Source: Promethearchaeota archaeon (GTDB taxonomy: Archaea; Asgardarchaeota; Lokiarchaeia; Sigyniarchaeales; SOKP01). From it: 27,425 nucleotides of DNA. This document shows, piece by piece, positions 8,348-17,071 of the stretch. Both the position numbers and the translations under genes were made by a program. Every line of letters begins with the position of its first letter. The stretch's first letter is position 1. The stretch spans positions 1-27,425 of the forward strand of contig JAEOTS010000076.1 of the NCBI GenBank assembly GCA_016839745.1, written 5' to 3'. The notes beneath the pieces were generated by a model. The model saw nothing but the letters and a program-made list of their open reading frames with translations. It did no database searches and was not told where the DNA came from.

Positions 8348-9064
8348 TTGGTGGATATCGTGGATGAAAATTTAATCGAACTTGGAAAGAAGAACGCTGC
8401 TTTTAGGGCAGTTGAAGAAAATGTTAAAAAAAACATGATCTTGGGAATTGGGAGTGGTTCTACTGTTGTATATGCCGTGGACGCAATCGCGAAGATTGAT
8501 AAAAATAACAGTTTGAATCTAAAATGCATCCCAACTTCATTTCAATCACGCCAATTAATAGTGGAAAACGGACTTACTCTAGTTTCGCTAGACCAATATC
8601 CTGAGATTGATCTGGATATTGATGGAGCGGATGAAATTGACAAGTCTTTAAATTTAATTAAGGGTGGTGGAGGATGTTTAGTCCAAGAGAAAATTATAGC
8701 ATCTTCGTCAAAAAAATTTGTGGTTATTGCAGATTATACTAAAAAATCAGAATATCTCGGAGAGAATTGGAAAAAAGGAGTTCCAATTGAGGTCATTCCA
8801 TTAGCATATGTTCCTATTATGAAGAGATTAGGAAAATTGGGAGGTAAACCCATTTTGAGGATGGCTCAAGCAAAGGCAGGACCAGTTCTAAGTGACAACG
8901 GAAATTTTATTATCGATGTTGATTTTGGTAAAATCGAAAATCCCTCTGATCTTAACACTAAACTATTGCAAATTCCTGGAGTTGTTGATTCGGGACTTTT
9001 TGTGAGCATGGCGTCGAAAGCATATATTGGACTGAAGGATGGTAGGGTAGAAATACTTGATTAA
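8348..9064 (+). CDS. rpiA: Ribose-5-phosphate isomerase A
   Basis: Motifs GIGSGST, DGADE, IKGGGG...EK, DNGN and IPGVV. Probably co-transcribed with purE (4-nt gap). Confidence 0.96.
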   Translation: MVDIVDENLIELGKKNAAFRAVEENVKKNMILGIGSGSTVVYAVDAIAKIDKNNSLNLKCIPTSFQSRQLIVENGLTLVSLDQYPEIDLDIDGADEIDKSLNLIKGGGGCLVQEKIIASSSKKFVVIADYTKKSEYLGENWKKGVPIEVIPLAYVPIMKRLGKLGGKPILRMAQAKAGPVLSDNGNFIIDVDFGKIENPSDLNTKLLQIPGVVDSGLFVSMASKAYIGLKDGRVEILD

Positions 9065-9094
9065 ATATTTTAAAAAAAAAAAGGGAATACTGAT

Positions 9095-12000
9095 TTATTC
9101 TTGAAATTTTAAAGACTTACCGCAGGTTGGACAAAAATTTCTTTTAGAGGTTAACTGGACTCCACAATAAGGACAATAATACACAGATTCTAGATTGTAA
9201 TCGTATGACTCTTGAATAGAATCATCCCCATAATTTTGTTCGTAATATCCTCCAGTGGGAGTTAATAGATGAGACCTCCTCTTTTTTCTCAGATATAATG
9301 AAATACCAACAATTATTCCGATCACAACTACAACTCCAATTATAATTAAAACTAAGATTAAATCTAAAGCTATTGATGGTTGAATTAACAATGCAATTAT
9401 GAAGTCTTCAGATTCGCCTTCGCTATCAAAAGCAGTAATCATCAATATTGCTAAATAACCATCTTGAGAATTGGAATCGTATTGTGACGCTGTTGAAAGC
9501 TCTTTAGTTCCAGTTATAGATCGGAAGTTCATAGTATAAGGTATGATAAACCTTCCATTATGAGTGTTCGAGCTTGGCACATAAACCATTTCAGAATAGA
9601 TATAAGTTCTTGGGTCTATAGGTACGATTGTATTATCTTGTGAGATTGATACAATAAAGAGGTTAACAGATACCCTCATTTCTGAGCTGTCTTGATCCTC
9701 ATAACTAACTGAATCTGTTAAGTTTATTTCAAAATCTAGTTGATTTCCCTGGCTTACAGAAAACACATTTATATTATCTTCTGTGTGAGTATCATCAAAA
9801 GAGATCATTTCAGAAGTATCGATTATTAATACGCTTGAAGTTTCCTCAACGAACTTAGGTGGATTGTTTTTAATTTTTGAAAATAATCTTGGTGAATGAG
9901 GATTGTAATAATTAAAACTTGGATTGTAAGGCAGGACGTAAAAAGTAGCAAAACCAGATGGATCCGCAGAAGTTAGAGTATAACTATTTGAGTATTCAAA
10001 AAATGGGGGGAGAGAATTAGATAACATAATTGTTTTGTTAATTGTACCTTCTTCATTATAATAAGAAAAGGGCAATATTGACATGTATGCTAACACATCA
10101 TAACTAATTCCATCAAGTGTAGCATCAATATCTATCGAATCAAAGCCATTTCTTTCTAAACCAACTTCTAAACCAGTAGCATAAATACTCGAAATTTGTG
10201 GTACTTCATTAGAATCGAAATATAATATTTTAGAGATTTTATTGTAGGTTTTACCTCCATATGTTAAGTTTACTTTAATAAAATATGGCTTATCACTTGT
10301 GGTTGGCAGAGAAAATGTAGTATTGATGGAGATTCCGTCTGAGCTTGAGGTCATGTCTAAGATATCAAAATACCCATCATTTTCTATTGAAACATTTAAA
10401 TAAGCATTGAGATAAGCTGAATCAATAGGTACATCTCCAATTTGATCTTTGATAAAGAGAGAAATGTTAAGTTGAGAAGATGGTGTACTCTCAGAAGGTA
10501 GAATAATATCTATTGATACATTTTCAGTATCTAAGAAATAAGCCATTAGATTTCTTGTTAAGAATTGATGATCTTGACGGTAAGAAGTTGATTCGTATAA
10601 CTCACCAGCCCAATGTAGATCGCCAAAAGCCACGAAACGACCCCCTCCATTGGTTCTATTATCAAACGCTGCTGCAACTGCGTTCCCATTTGATGTTGCA
10701 ATTACCTCCGCAGATCCAGTAGCGGTAAATGTGCTTCCATAGTTCCATATAAATTTACTCACATCTTGAAATATCTGCGTATGGTTTAAATCCGTTATAG
10801 ATTGTGAGCTCACCGTTGTTCCAAGTCCGAGCCAAGTTTCTTCAGCAATATTTTCCTCATTTATTTCTATGCTTAAATTAAGAAACGAAAAAAGAGCGTT
10901 TAAATTATCGACACATAAATCTTGATATCTCGTTCCTAAAAATAAGATATTACCTCTATTGTCAAAATAATCCTTCAAATTTATAAATTCAAGAGGATTA
11001 AACGGTAGAATTGGATTTTGTAATACAACCAAATCGTATTGAGCTAATAGTTCTTCAGTTAAAATAGAATTACTCGTAGATCTATTATAATTGGGAGTCC
11101 AAAATTCTGCTAAATAATCAATAGATATATTTAAATCCGCAATATCTCTCATCCAGTTATAAAAGTTCATCTGGTAGAATGAAAGTCCTGAGAACCAATC
11201 ATTTAGTCCATGGTAAGATTCCATTAATATTTTATATTCTGGCAATCGAACTTCAAACGTAACTTCTATTTTATCGTATAACCTAAATCCAGAAGTGATA
11301 TTTATTTCAAATGTTCTTGTTCCTGGGGCAGCGTTCGATTCTATCTCTGCATTTACTGCTACGAAATCTACTGCAGCATCGGCAAAGATTATCTGAGATT
11401 TATCTAAAGATAAAGATATTCCATCTATATTATTTGGAAAATTGATATCTAATGTAATGTTTTTACCAGAGAGCACTGTTAAATTATAAACTTGGTGATC
11501 TCCTGGAAAGTGTATCAAATCATATGGTTCAATAGGGAGTTCATTAGGTGTGATTTTAGCTACATTGTTAACATCAGAATAATTCGCATTTAAATCCTCT
11601 AAATATATAAGTGAAGCGGTTACATTGATTATTCCATACCCAGACTTCATAAATTCAGCGTCCTCCTCATTAGAGAGAGCTTGAGCGCCTTCTAAAAGGG
11701 CAACTCTTGCAGCTTCAGGAGTTATGGAAGGATACGCTTGTTTTATAATCGCTAAGGCCCCTGCGACCATGGGACATGCCATACTCGTTCCACTCAGGGG
11801 TAAGTAATCCCCATCACCTGAAAAATCAAAATAATCTCCAACAAGACGATATTCATCCGAAAGTACTGAATTGGGCGCCTCAGCTGAAATGATGTTCACC
11901 CCAGGGGCAATTATATCTGGATAACTCAAATAGGACAATGAGGGCCCCCAACTACTAAAGGATGCTAGATCGTTATTACTATCACTAGCGCCTACTGAGA

Positions 12001-13069
12001 TAACATCAATACCAGATGCTGGAGAGCCACCAGAAATATATTCAGGACCAGAATTTCCAGCAGATGACACGCAAATTACGCCGAGTTCGGTAGCCGCAGC
12101 AAGAGCTAATGTTATACTATCGCTTGCGATTGGGTAGCTATCACCAAAACTCATAGAGATAATGTCAGCGTTGGTAGTATTAACGCTCCATTCGATCGCA
12201 CTAATAACATCGCCTTCTTCTAGACCGGAAAGACCACCCGATCTCGCGTTTATCAAAGATACTCCGGGTGCAACTCCTCTATACTTCCCCCCTGAAGCAC
12301 TCCCATCTCCCGCTATTATGCCTGCAACATGAGTTCCATGACCAACGTCATCATTATATTCAAAAGAAAATTCATCTGATACAAAATTTTGGTTTGCTAC
12401 GATGTCTAAATCGGGGTGTTCATATATACCAGTATCGATTACAGCAACCCTTACCCCAGAACCATCGTAGGCTAGGTTCTCGGCTCCGATTGCCAGTAAC
12501 CACCAATTAGGAAAAGAATTCGAATTCAAAGCACTTGATATTGGAAATTCCTCTTGGTAATAAGGAGATTCATAATTTCTTGATTTGAAAACCCTTTCTA
12601 TGGCGATATTTTCTTCCAATTTTTCTTTTTTAGAAAATAATTCATTAAGATCACACTTCAGATATACGGCCGGAATAATATCGTAATTATCTATTATTTC
12701 ATACTCATCTAAAATCGAAGCTATTACCTCGATTCGCTCTGACTTTGAAGTCTCTTCTTTAAAACGCATGATAATTTTTATTTCAGCATCATCAGATTCT
12801 TGGTGTAATTCTATGCTATTAATTAAGAGGTCTCCAAATAGACTATCATATTTATTTAATAATAATATTGAATCTGGATTTTCATTATTTAGATAGTCTG
12901 AATTAATAAACGACAAATCATCCACTTTCAATTCAATATTGCTAAGATTAGATCGATTCCCGCTTTTTATTATGCCTGTTCCCAGAACTGGGCTAATTAA
13001 TGAGTTAATTATCAAAAAACTAATTAAAACAAAATTAGTTTTGGTCCAAAGATTTTTCATAGTATTCAA
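9095..13069 (-). CDS. Membrane-anchored S8 subtilase with prodomain, GIFT/GldG-like domain, C-terminal TM helix and cytoplasmic double zinc ribbon (site-1-protease-like architecture)
   Basis: Signal peptide, then catalytic triad VAVIDTG / HGTHVAG / GTSMACP with oxyanion AGNSG. GIFT-like motifs KILMESYH, QYDLVVL and GGGRFVAFGD. TM helix LILVLIIIGVVVVIGIIVGISLYL followed by RKKRR, then CPYCG...CPTCG. Confidence 0.9.
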   Translation of the reverse strand: MNTMKNLWTKTNFVLISFLIINSLISPVLGTGIIKSGNRSNLSNIELKVDDLSFINSDYLNNENPDSILLLNKYDSLFGDLLINSIELHQESDDAEIKIIMRFKEETSKSERIEVIASILDEYEIIDNYDIIPAVYLKCDLNELFSKKEKLEENIAIERVFKSRNYESPYYQEEFPISSALNSNSFPNWWLLAIGAENLAYDGSGVRVAVIDTGIYEHPDLDIVANQNFVSDEFSFEYNDDVGHGTHVAGIIAGDGSASGGKYRGVAPGVSLINARSGGLSGLEEGDVISAIEWSVNTTNADIISMSFGDSYPIASDSITLALAAATELGVICVSSAGNSGPEYISGGSPASGIDVISVGASDSNNDLASFSSWGPSLSYLSYPDIIAPGVNIISAEAPNSVLSDEYRLVGDYFDFSGDGDYLPLSGTSMACPMVAGALAIIKQAYPSITPEAARVALLEGAQALSNEEDAEFMKSGYGIINVTASLIYLEDLNANYSDVNNVAKITPNELPIEPYDLIHFPGDHQVYNLTVLSGKNITLDINFPNNIDGISLSLDKSQIIFADAAVDFVAVNAEIESNAAPGTRTFEINITSGFRLYDKIEVTFEVRLPEYKILMESYHGLNDWFSGLSFYQMNFYNWMRDIADLNISIDYLAEFWTPNYNRSTSNSILTEELLAQYDLVVLQNPILPFNPLEFINLKDYFDNRGNILFLGTRYQDLCVDNLNALFSFLNLSIEINEENIAEETWLGLGTTVSSQSITDLNHTQIFQDVSKFIWNYGSTFTATGSAEVIATSNGNAVAAAFDNRTNGGGRFVAFGDLHWAGELYESTSYRQDHQFLTRNLMAYFLDTENVSIDIILPSESTPSSQLNISLFIKDQIGDVPIDSAYLNAYLNVSIENDGYFDILDMTSSSDGISINTTFSLPTTSDKPYFIKVNLTYGGKTYNKISKILYFDSNEVPQISSIYATGLEVGLERNGFDSIDIDATLDGISYDVLAYMSILPFSYYNEEGTINKTIMLSNSLPPFFEYSNSYTLTSADPSGFATFYVLPYNPSFNYYNPHSPRLFSKIKNNPPKFVEETSSVLIIDTSEMISFDDTHTEDNINVFSVSQGNQLDFEINLTDSVSYEDQDSSEMRVSVNLFIVSISQDNTIVPIDPRTYIYSEMVYVPSSNTHNGRFIIPYTMNFRSITGTKELSTASQYDSNSQDGYLAILMITAFDSEGESEDFIIALLIQPSIALDLILVLIIIGVVVVIGIIVGISLYLRKKRRSHLLTPTGGYYEQNYGDDSIQESYDYNLESVYYCPYCGVQLTSKRNFCPTCGKSLKFQE

Positions 13070-13205
13070 ATAACAAAATAGCTATTTATTTCTAACTTTA
13101 ATAGTTCAAAAACCATAATTTTTTTTAAAAATTGATTATTATTAAATTTACAGCTAACTTTCTTTATTTGTTCTGAAATGTTGACGTGTTGCTGATATTA
13201 ACATT

Positions 13206-13305
13206 GGGGCTGTGGATTAGTGGAAGATCGTTCGCTTGGCATGCGAAAGTTAAGGCACTTTTACTTAACCGTAAGAGGCCGGGGGTTCAATTCCCCCCAG
13301 CTCCA
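13206..13305 (+). tRNA. tRNA-Ala(GGC) with a 28-nt intron at non-canonical position 43/44 (intron 13248-13275); CCA not encoded
   Basis: Acceptor stem GGGGCTG/CAGCTCC with the G3:U70 Ala determinant. D-stem GATT/GATC. Anticodon stem TTCGC/GCGAA with GGC at 13238-13240. T-arm GGGGG-TTCAATT-CCCCC. A bulge-helix-bulge flanks the insert. Confidence 0.95.
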
Positions 13306-13315
13306 TTTTTTTTTT
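13306..13315 (+). terminator. Oligo-T terminator of the tRNA gene
   Basis: T10 directly follows the discriminator base. Archaeal intrinsic terminators are oligo-T. Confidence 0.65.
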
Positions 13316-13340
13316 ATAATTTAATTAGTAATTATATTTT

Positions 13341-13364
13341 TTCGTGAAATACCGATTTCACGAA
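13341..13364. repeat. Perfect 10-bp inverted repeat (TTCGTGAAAT-accg-ATTTCACGAA)
   Basis: The arms are exact reverse complements. It lies between the tRNA and the racemase gene. Confidence 0.8.
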
Positions 13365-13475
13365 GATTTTATGTATTTATAAGTCAAAAAATCTTAACGT
13401 AACTTGAAAGGAATGAAAAAATATCAAGATTAGAGAGCTTTAAATGAAATGAACGGGAACGGAGGTTCAATTAAG

Positions 13476-14162
13476 ATGAAAAGGATTGGAATATTAGGAG
13501 GTATGTCATATGAATCAACCATAAAATACTACGATTTGATTCTTCAGAAGTATTATGATAGATATCAAGATTACTATTATCCAGAAATTCTAATTTATAG
13601 CCTCAATTTTCAAAAATTAATCGATTGCGAATTGGGTGACGACGAGGGTATTTATGTGAACTATTTGATGACTGGTATTAATTCTTTACAAAATGGGGGA
13701 GTAAATTTTATACTTATGGCAGCAAATTCACCTCATGCTGTTTATGATAAATTAGTTCAAAAATCAAAAGTCCCAATACTAAGTATTGTAGAAGCCACAG
13801 CTAAAAAAGCGCAACAAGAGAATTTAAGAAAGCTTTTATTACTAGGTATAAAATTTACGATGCAGTCTTCATTCTACAAAGAATATTTTGCGAAATCAGA
13901 TATGGAAGTCATAACCCCTTTAGACTCAGAACAAGATATAGTAAACCAAATAATTTTTGATGAGTTAGTGATTGGTAAGTTTACAAAGGAGAGCAAACAA
14001 ATGCTCTTAAAAATCATAAATAACTACAATGTTGATGGTGTGATTCTTGGATGTACTGAACTGCCTTTAATACTCCAACAAAATGATACTGATGTAATAT
14101 TGCTCGATACAGTAGAACTTCATGTAGAAGCCGCACTACAATATTATTTAGATCAGAGTTGA
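13476..14162 (+). CDS. Aspartate/glutamate racemase family protein (RacX/YgeA-like)
   Basis: Motifs MKRIGILGGMSYEST, AANSPH, LLLG and VILGCTELP. ATG 13476 is preferred over 13449 because GGAGG precedes it and it gives the family-typical N-terminus. Confidence 0.9.
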   Translation: MKRIGILGGMSYESTIKYYDLILQKYYDRYQDYYYPEILIYSLNFQKLIDCELGDDEGIYVNYLMTGINSLQNGGVNFILMAANSPHAVYDKLVQKSKVPILSIVEATAKKAQQENLRKLLLLGIKFTMQSSFYKEYFAKSDMEVITPLDSEQDIVNQIIFDELVIGKFTKESKQMLLKIINNYNVDGVILGCTELPLILQQNDTDVILLDTVELHVEAALQYYLDQS

Positions 14163-14268
14163 ACTATGTAAATTTCATACTTTCCGAACTTTCTTTGTAT
14201 ATTTCTAGCTGTTTGAAAGCTTTTTTAATTCCCAACTGCTATTTAATAATTAACATAATAATGAATAG

Positions 14269-16551
14269 GTGGTAATTTCTATAGGAAGTTTTAAACTTAC
14301 AAGGATTAAAATAAAGGATTTAACTCCAATTATTTTAGTTATGTTATTATTGTTCGTTTCAATAGCATGCGCCAATATGCTAATTCCCAGTTATGGTGTT
14401 ATTCGATTTGAGTTTAACATTCCTGAAGCGCTCATAGCAATTCCAGATTCGCTTTTTTTGTTGACTAGTGCTACTTTTGCTTTAATTTGGGGATATTATA
14501 CTGACAGAATTGATAGAACCAAAGTAATAATAGCAGGTGCATTTTCTTGGACTTTTGGTATGATGCTAACGGGTTTTTCTACATCATTTTTAATAATCCT
14601 GATTTCAAGAATGATTAGTGGAGTCGGACTGGGATGTGTAATACCAGTTGGATATTCTATTATTTCCGATGCGATTCCGCCTGATGAAAGATCCGGATGG
14701 TTTGGTACACTCGCAATTTTGAGCTCAATTTCTAATGGTAGTGGTCAAGCCTTGTCTTCCTTTATAGGACCGATATTAGGTTGGAGATTTCCATTTTTTT
14801 TGTTATCGGGAATTAGTATTGTAATAGTAGGCGTTTTATTTTTTGTCAAAATCCCTCAAAGGGGTGCCAGTGAGAACGAGTTATTAGATCTCGTCGAATT
14901 GAATTTAGAATATAGTTATAAAATATCAAAAAAAGATTTAGGTAGTATCCTAAAAAAAAAGACAAATAAATATTTAATCATCCAGGGCTTTTTCGCGATA
15001 ATTCCAGGAACTCTTTTCGTTTACTTCATGACTTCTATGCTTTCAACTCATTATTTCGATATATTACCTATAGATATTAAGCTTCAAACCGCTGCAATAT
15101 TTGCTGGTCTTTTAGGGGTAGGTTATTTACTGGGAAATGCAATCATGTCATATGTCGGAGATATTTTATTTCGAAAAAACAAAAGGAATAGAACTCGATT
15201 AGCGACAGGTTGTATGCTACTCAGTATTCCATTTGTTCTTTTAATGTTATTTTCTATACAACCTATTAGCAGTGAAGTGGTTTCAAATTTAAATTATCCA
15301 GTTCCAATCCCTCCCGGAGAAACGATATCTTATGTGATTTTAACAATCATAGAGATTTTTAAAGTTTCTCCAAGTTATATTTATTATTTCATATTCGGAT
15401 TTATAGGGGCCGTCTTAAGCACGGGTTGGGTCTCAAATAAGAGTGCTGTTATGGTGGATGTTAATCTCCCTGAGCATAAAGGCACTTCTACCTCCTTCTT
15501 TAGTCTAGCAGAGCAAGTAGGAAAAGGAGTTACATTATTAATATCATTTTCTTTGATTTCATTCTTTGGGAGTGTATTTAATATGATGCTCTTTGCGGTA
15601 TTTCTATGGGTACCTTCTGCTTTACTGTGGTTCCTCGCAGGTAAATCTGTTGAAGTAGATATGGAAAATAAATCTACTATTCTTTCGGAACGAAAACAAG
15701 TCAATTTGTTGGATTTTATCTTTGAACTTGAAATTCAAATGGATAGAGCTACACAAAAAGTACAAGATTCAAAATACTACATCTTATCAGATCCGTTAAA
15801 ATTTAACAAATTGTTAAACGAAGCTATTACAATTTTAAGTTATTGTGAAAAGGAAGGAGAATTTAGGAGTATTACAAAAATAGAGAAAAGAGCTCACAAT
15901 TTGAATATTAGAGTAACCTCAATCAAAAATATGGCCAATCAAATATTTAAGATTCTTGAGTTAGAGGATTTAACTGCTAAAGAAATAGACATGCTTAATG
16001 AAGATTTAAGACAGATAATTCTTAAAATTGCGGAAGGAGAAAGAAGTACTTTTGGAGATCTCCAAATATATTATGAAGACGCTTATCTGAAGATAATCGA
16101 AGCTCGACTTTTAAGAAAAAATGATTTAATTAAAAGCAGGGGGAAAATCTTAGAAGCAATTAATATCTACCAAAGAGTAAAGAATCTACTGAATGAGCGT
16201 TTAGACATCATTTTAGATAATTCGGAGCTATCTGAGGAAGATAAATTTGTGTACGACATAGAGCAAGATCTTTCAGAAAAATGTTCTAAAGCTTTAATAG
16301 CAACAAATAAGTTAAAAGAAGAATTTGAAGGTATCTTCGAGAAATTAGAAGAAAAAGGGATTACTGAAAAAGACTTAAAAAAGATATCTGAATTAACCTT
16401 AGAATATAATGTTAACCTCTATAAAGTAATTGTAGAAACTTTAGGTCAAGATAAAAAGACTAAAGACACAATCCTGGAGGTCTTAAATGAAATAGATGCA
16501 ATTTTTAACGACTACGATAAGTTAAAGGAATTAGAATTGAAAGTGTTTTAA
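14269..16551 (+). CDS. MFS transporter fused to an approximately 300-aa C-terminal helical soluble domain
   Basis: About 12 hydrophobic segments, motif A WGYYTDRIDR, RMISGVG, SIISDAIPPDERS and DVNLPEHKG. A charged helical tail begins after about aa 460. The start codon is uncertain. Confidence 0.88.
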   Translation: MVISIGSFKLTRIKIKDLTPIILVMLLLFVSIACANMLIPSYGVIRFEFNIPEALIAIPDSLFLLTSATFALIWGYYTDRIDRTKVIIAGAFSWTFGMMLTGFSTSFLIILISRMISGVGLGCVIPVGYSIISDAIPPDERSGWFGTLAILSSISNGSGQALSSFIGPILGWRFPFFLLSGISIVIVGVLFFVKIPQRGASENELLDLVELNLEYSYKISKKDLGSILKKKTNKYLIIQGFFAIIPGTLFVYFMTSMLSTHYFDILPIDIKLQTAAIFAGLLGVGYLLGNAIMSYVGDILFRKNKRNRTRLATGCMLLSIPFVLLMLFSIQPISSEVVSNLNYPVPIPPGETISYVILTIIEIFKVSPSYIYYFIFGFIGAVLSTGWVSNKSAVMVDVNLPEHKGTSTSFFSLAEQVGKGVTLLISFSLISFFGSVFNMMLFAVFLWVPSALLWFLAGKSVEVDMENKSTILSERKQVNLLDFIFELEIQMDRATQKVQDSKYYILSDPLKFNKLLNEAITILSYCEKEGEFRSITKIEKRAHNLNIRVTSIKNMANQIFKILELEDLTAKEIDMLNEDLRQIILKIAEGERSTFGDLQIYYEDAYLKIIEARLLRKNDLIKSRGKILEAINIYQRVKNLLNERLDIILDNSELSEEDKFVYDIEQDLSEKCSKALIATNKLKEEFEGIFEKLEEKGITEKDLKKISELTLEYNVNLYKVIVETLGQDKKTKDTILEVLNEIDAIFNDYDKLKELELKVF

Positions 16552-16571
16552 AATTATTATCGCATACTTTG

Positions 16572-16874
16572 CTAGTTGTTTAAAAATTCCGATTTTAAAA
16601 TCTCTTTAAAAGCAGTTCTTTCGTTATTTACTAACTCCTGGGTGCTTTTTCCTCTTTGATTATAGTTATCAGGACTATCATTATTAGAGAATAAATTCAC
16701 AAGTAAAATTAAACAGTTTTTGAGTTCTAAATCGTTTGTTCTTCCCGAATTAAAGTTATTCATAATTTTAATAAGGAGATTGCTTAACCAAACTTTGTTA
16801 AATTGAGATAGGTCGATCTCCTCATCCTTAGATTTTCTGTTGTAAAAATCTAAGATATTAGCTATACAATCCAT
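16572..16874 (-). CDS. Hypothetical protein (100 aa, helical)
   Basis: ORF with ATG start and plausible composition filling the gap. No recognisable motif. Confidence 0.65.
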   Translation of the reverse strand: MDCIANILDFYNRKSKDEEIDLSQFNKVWLSNLLIKIMNNFNSGRTNDLELKNCLILLVNLFSNNDSPDNYNQRGKSTQELVNNERTAFKEILKSEFLNN

Positions 16875-17071
16875 TTTTAAGTTATTCCTATACCCTTATG
16901 AGAGTTCAAGCGTCACATAAATCTGTGCTCTTGAATACCTTTTAATCTTTCTTATTATGTTTACTGATACATGCTAATTCGAGTATAAAAATATTTTTGA
17001 CTAGATGTCGCAAGAGAAAAAAGAAGATAACTCAAAATTATATGAATAGCCTTAAATTAAAAAACTTTTAA

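Noticed and set aside
4884-8529. Alternative-frame ORFs 4884-5141, 6712-6954, 6881-7108, 7255-7512, 8040-8336 and 8308-8529
   Set aside because: They are antisense shadows of well-supported genes (GNAT/TPR, thiolase, purE, rpiA) and carry no motifs.
17005-17049. Tiny + strand ORF MSQEKKEDNSKLYE after a TATA-like element
   Set aside because: It is only 14 codons, which is expected by chance in AT-rich DNA, and has no supporting homology.
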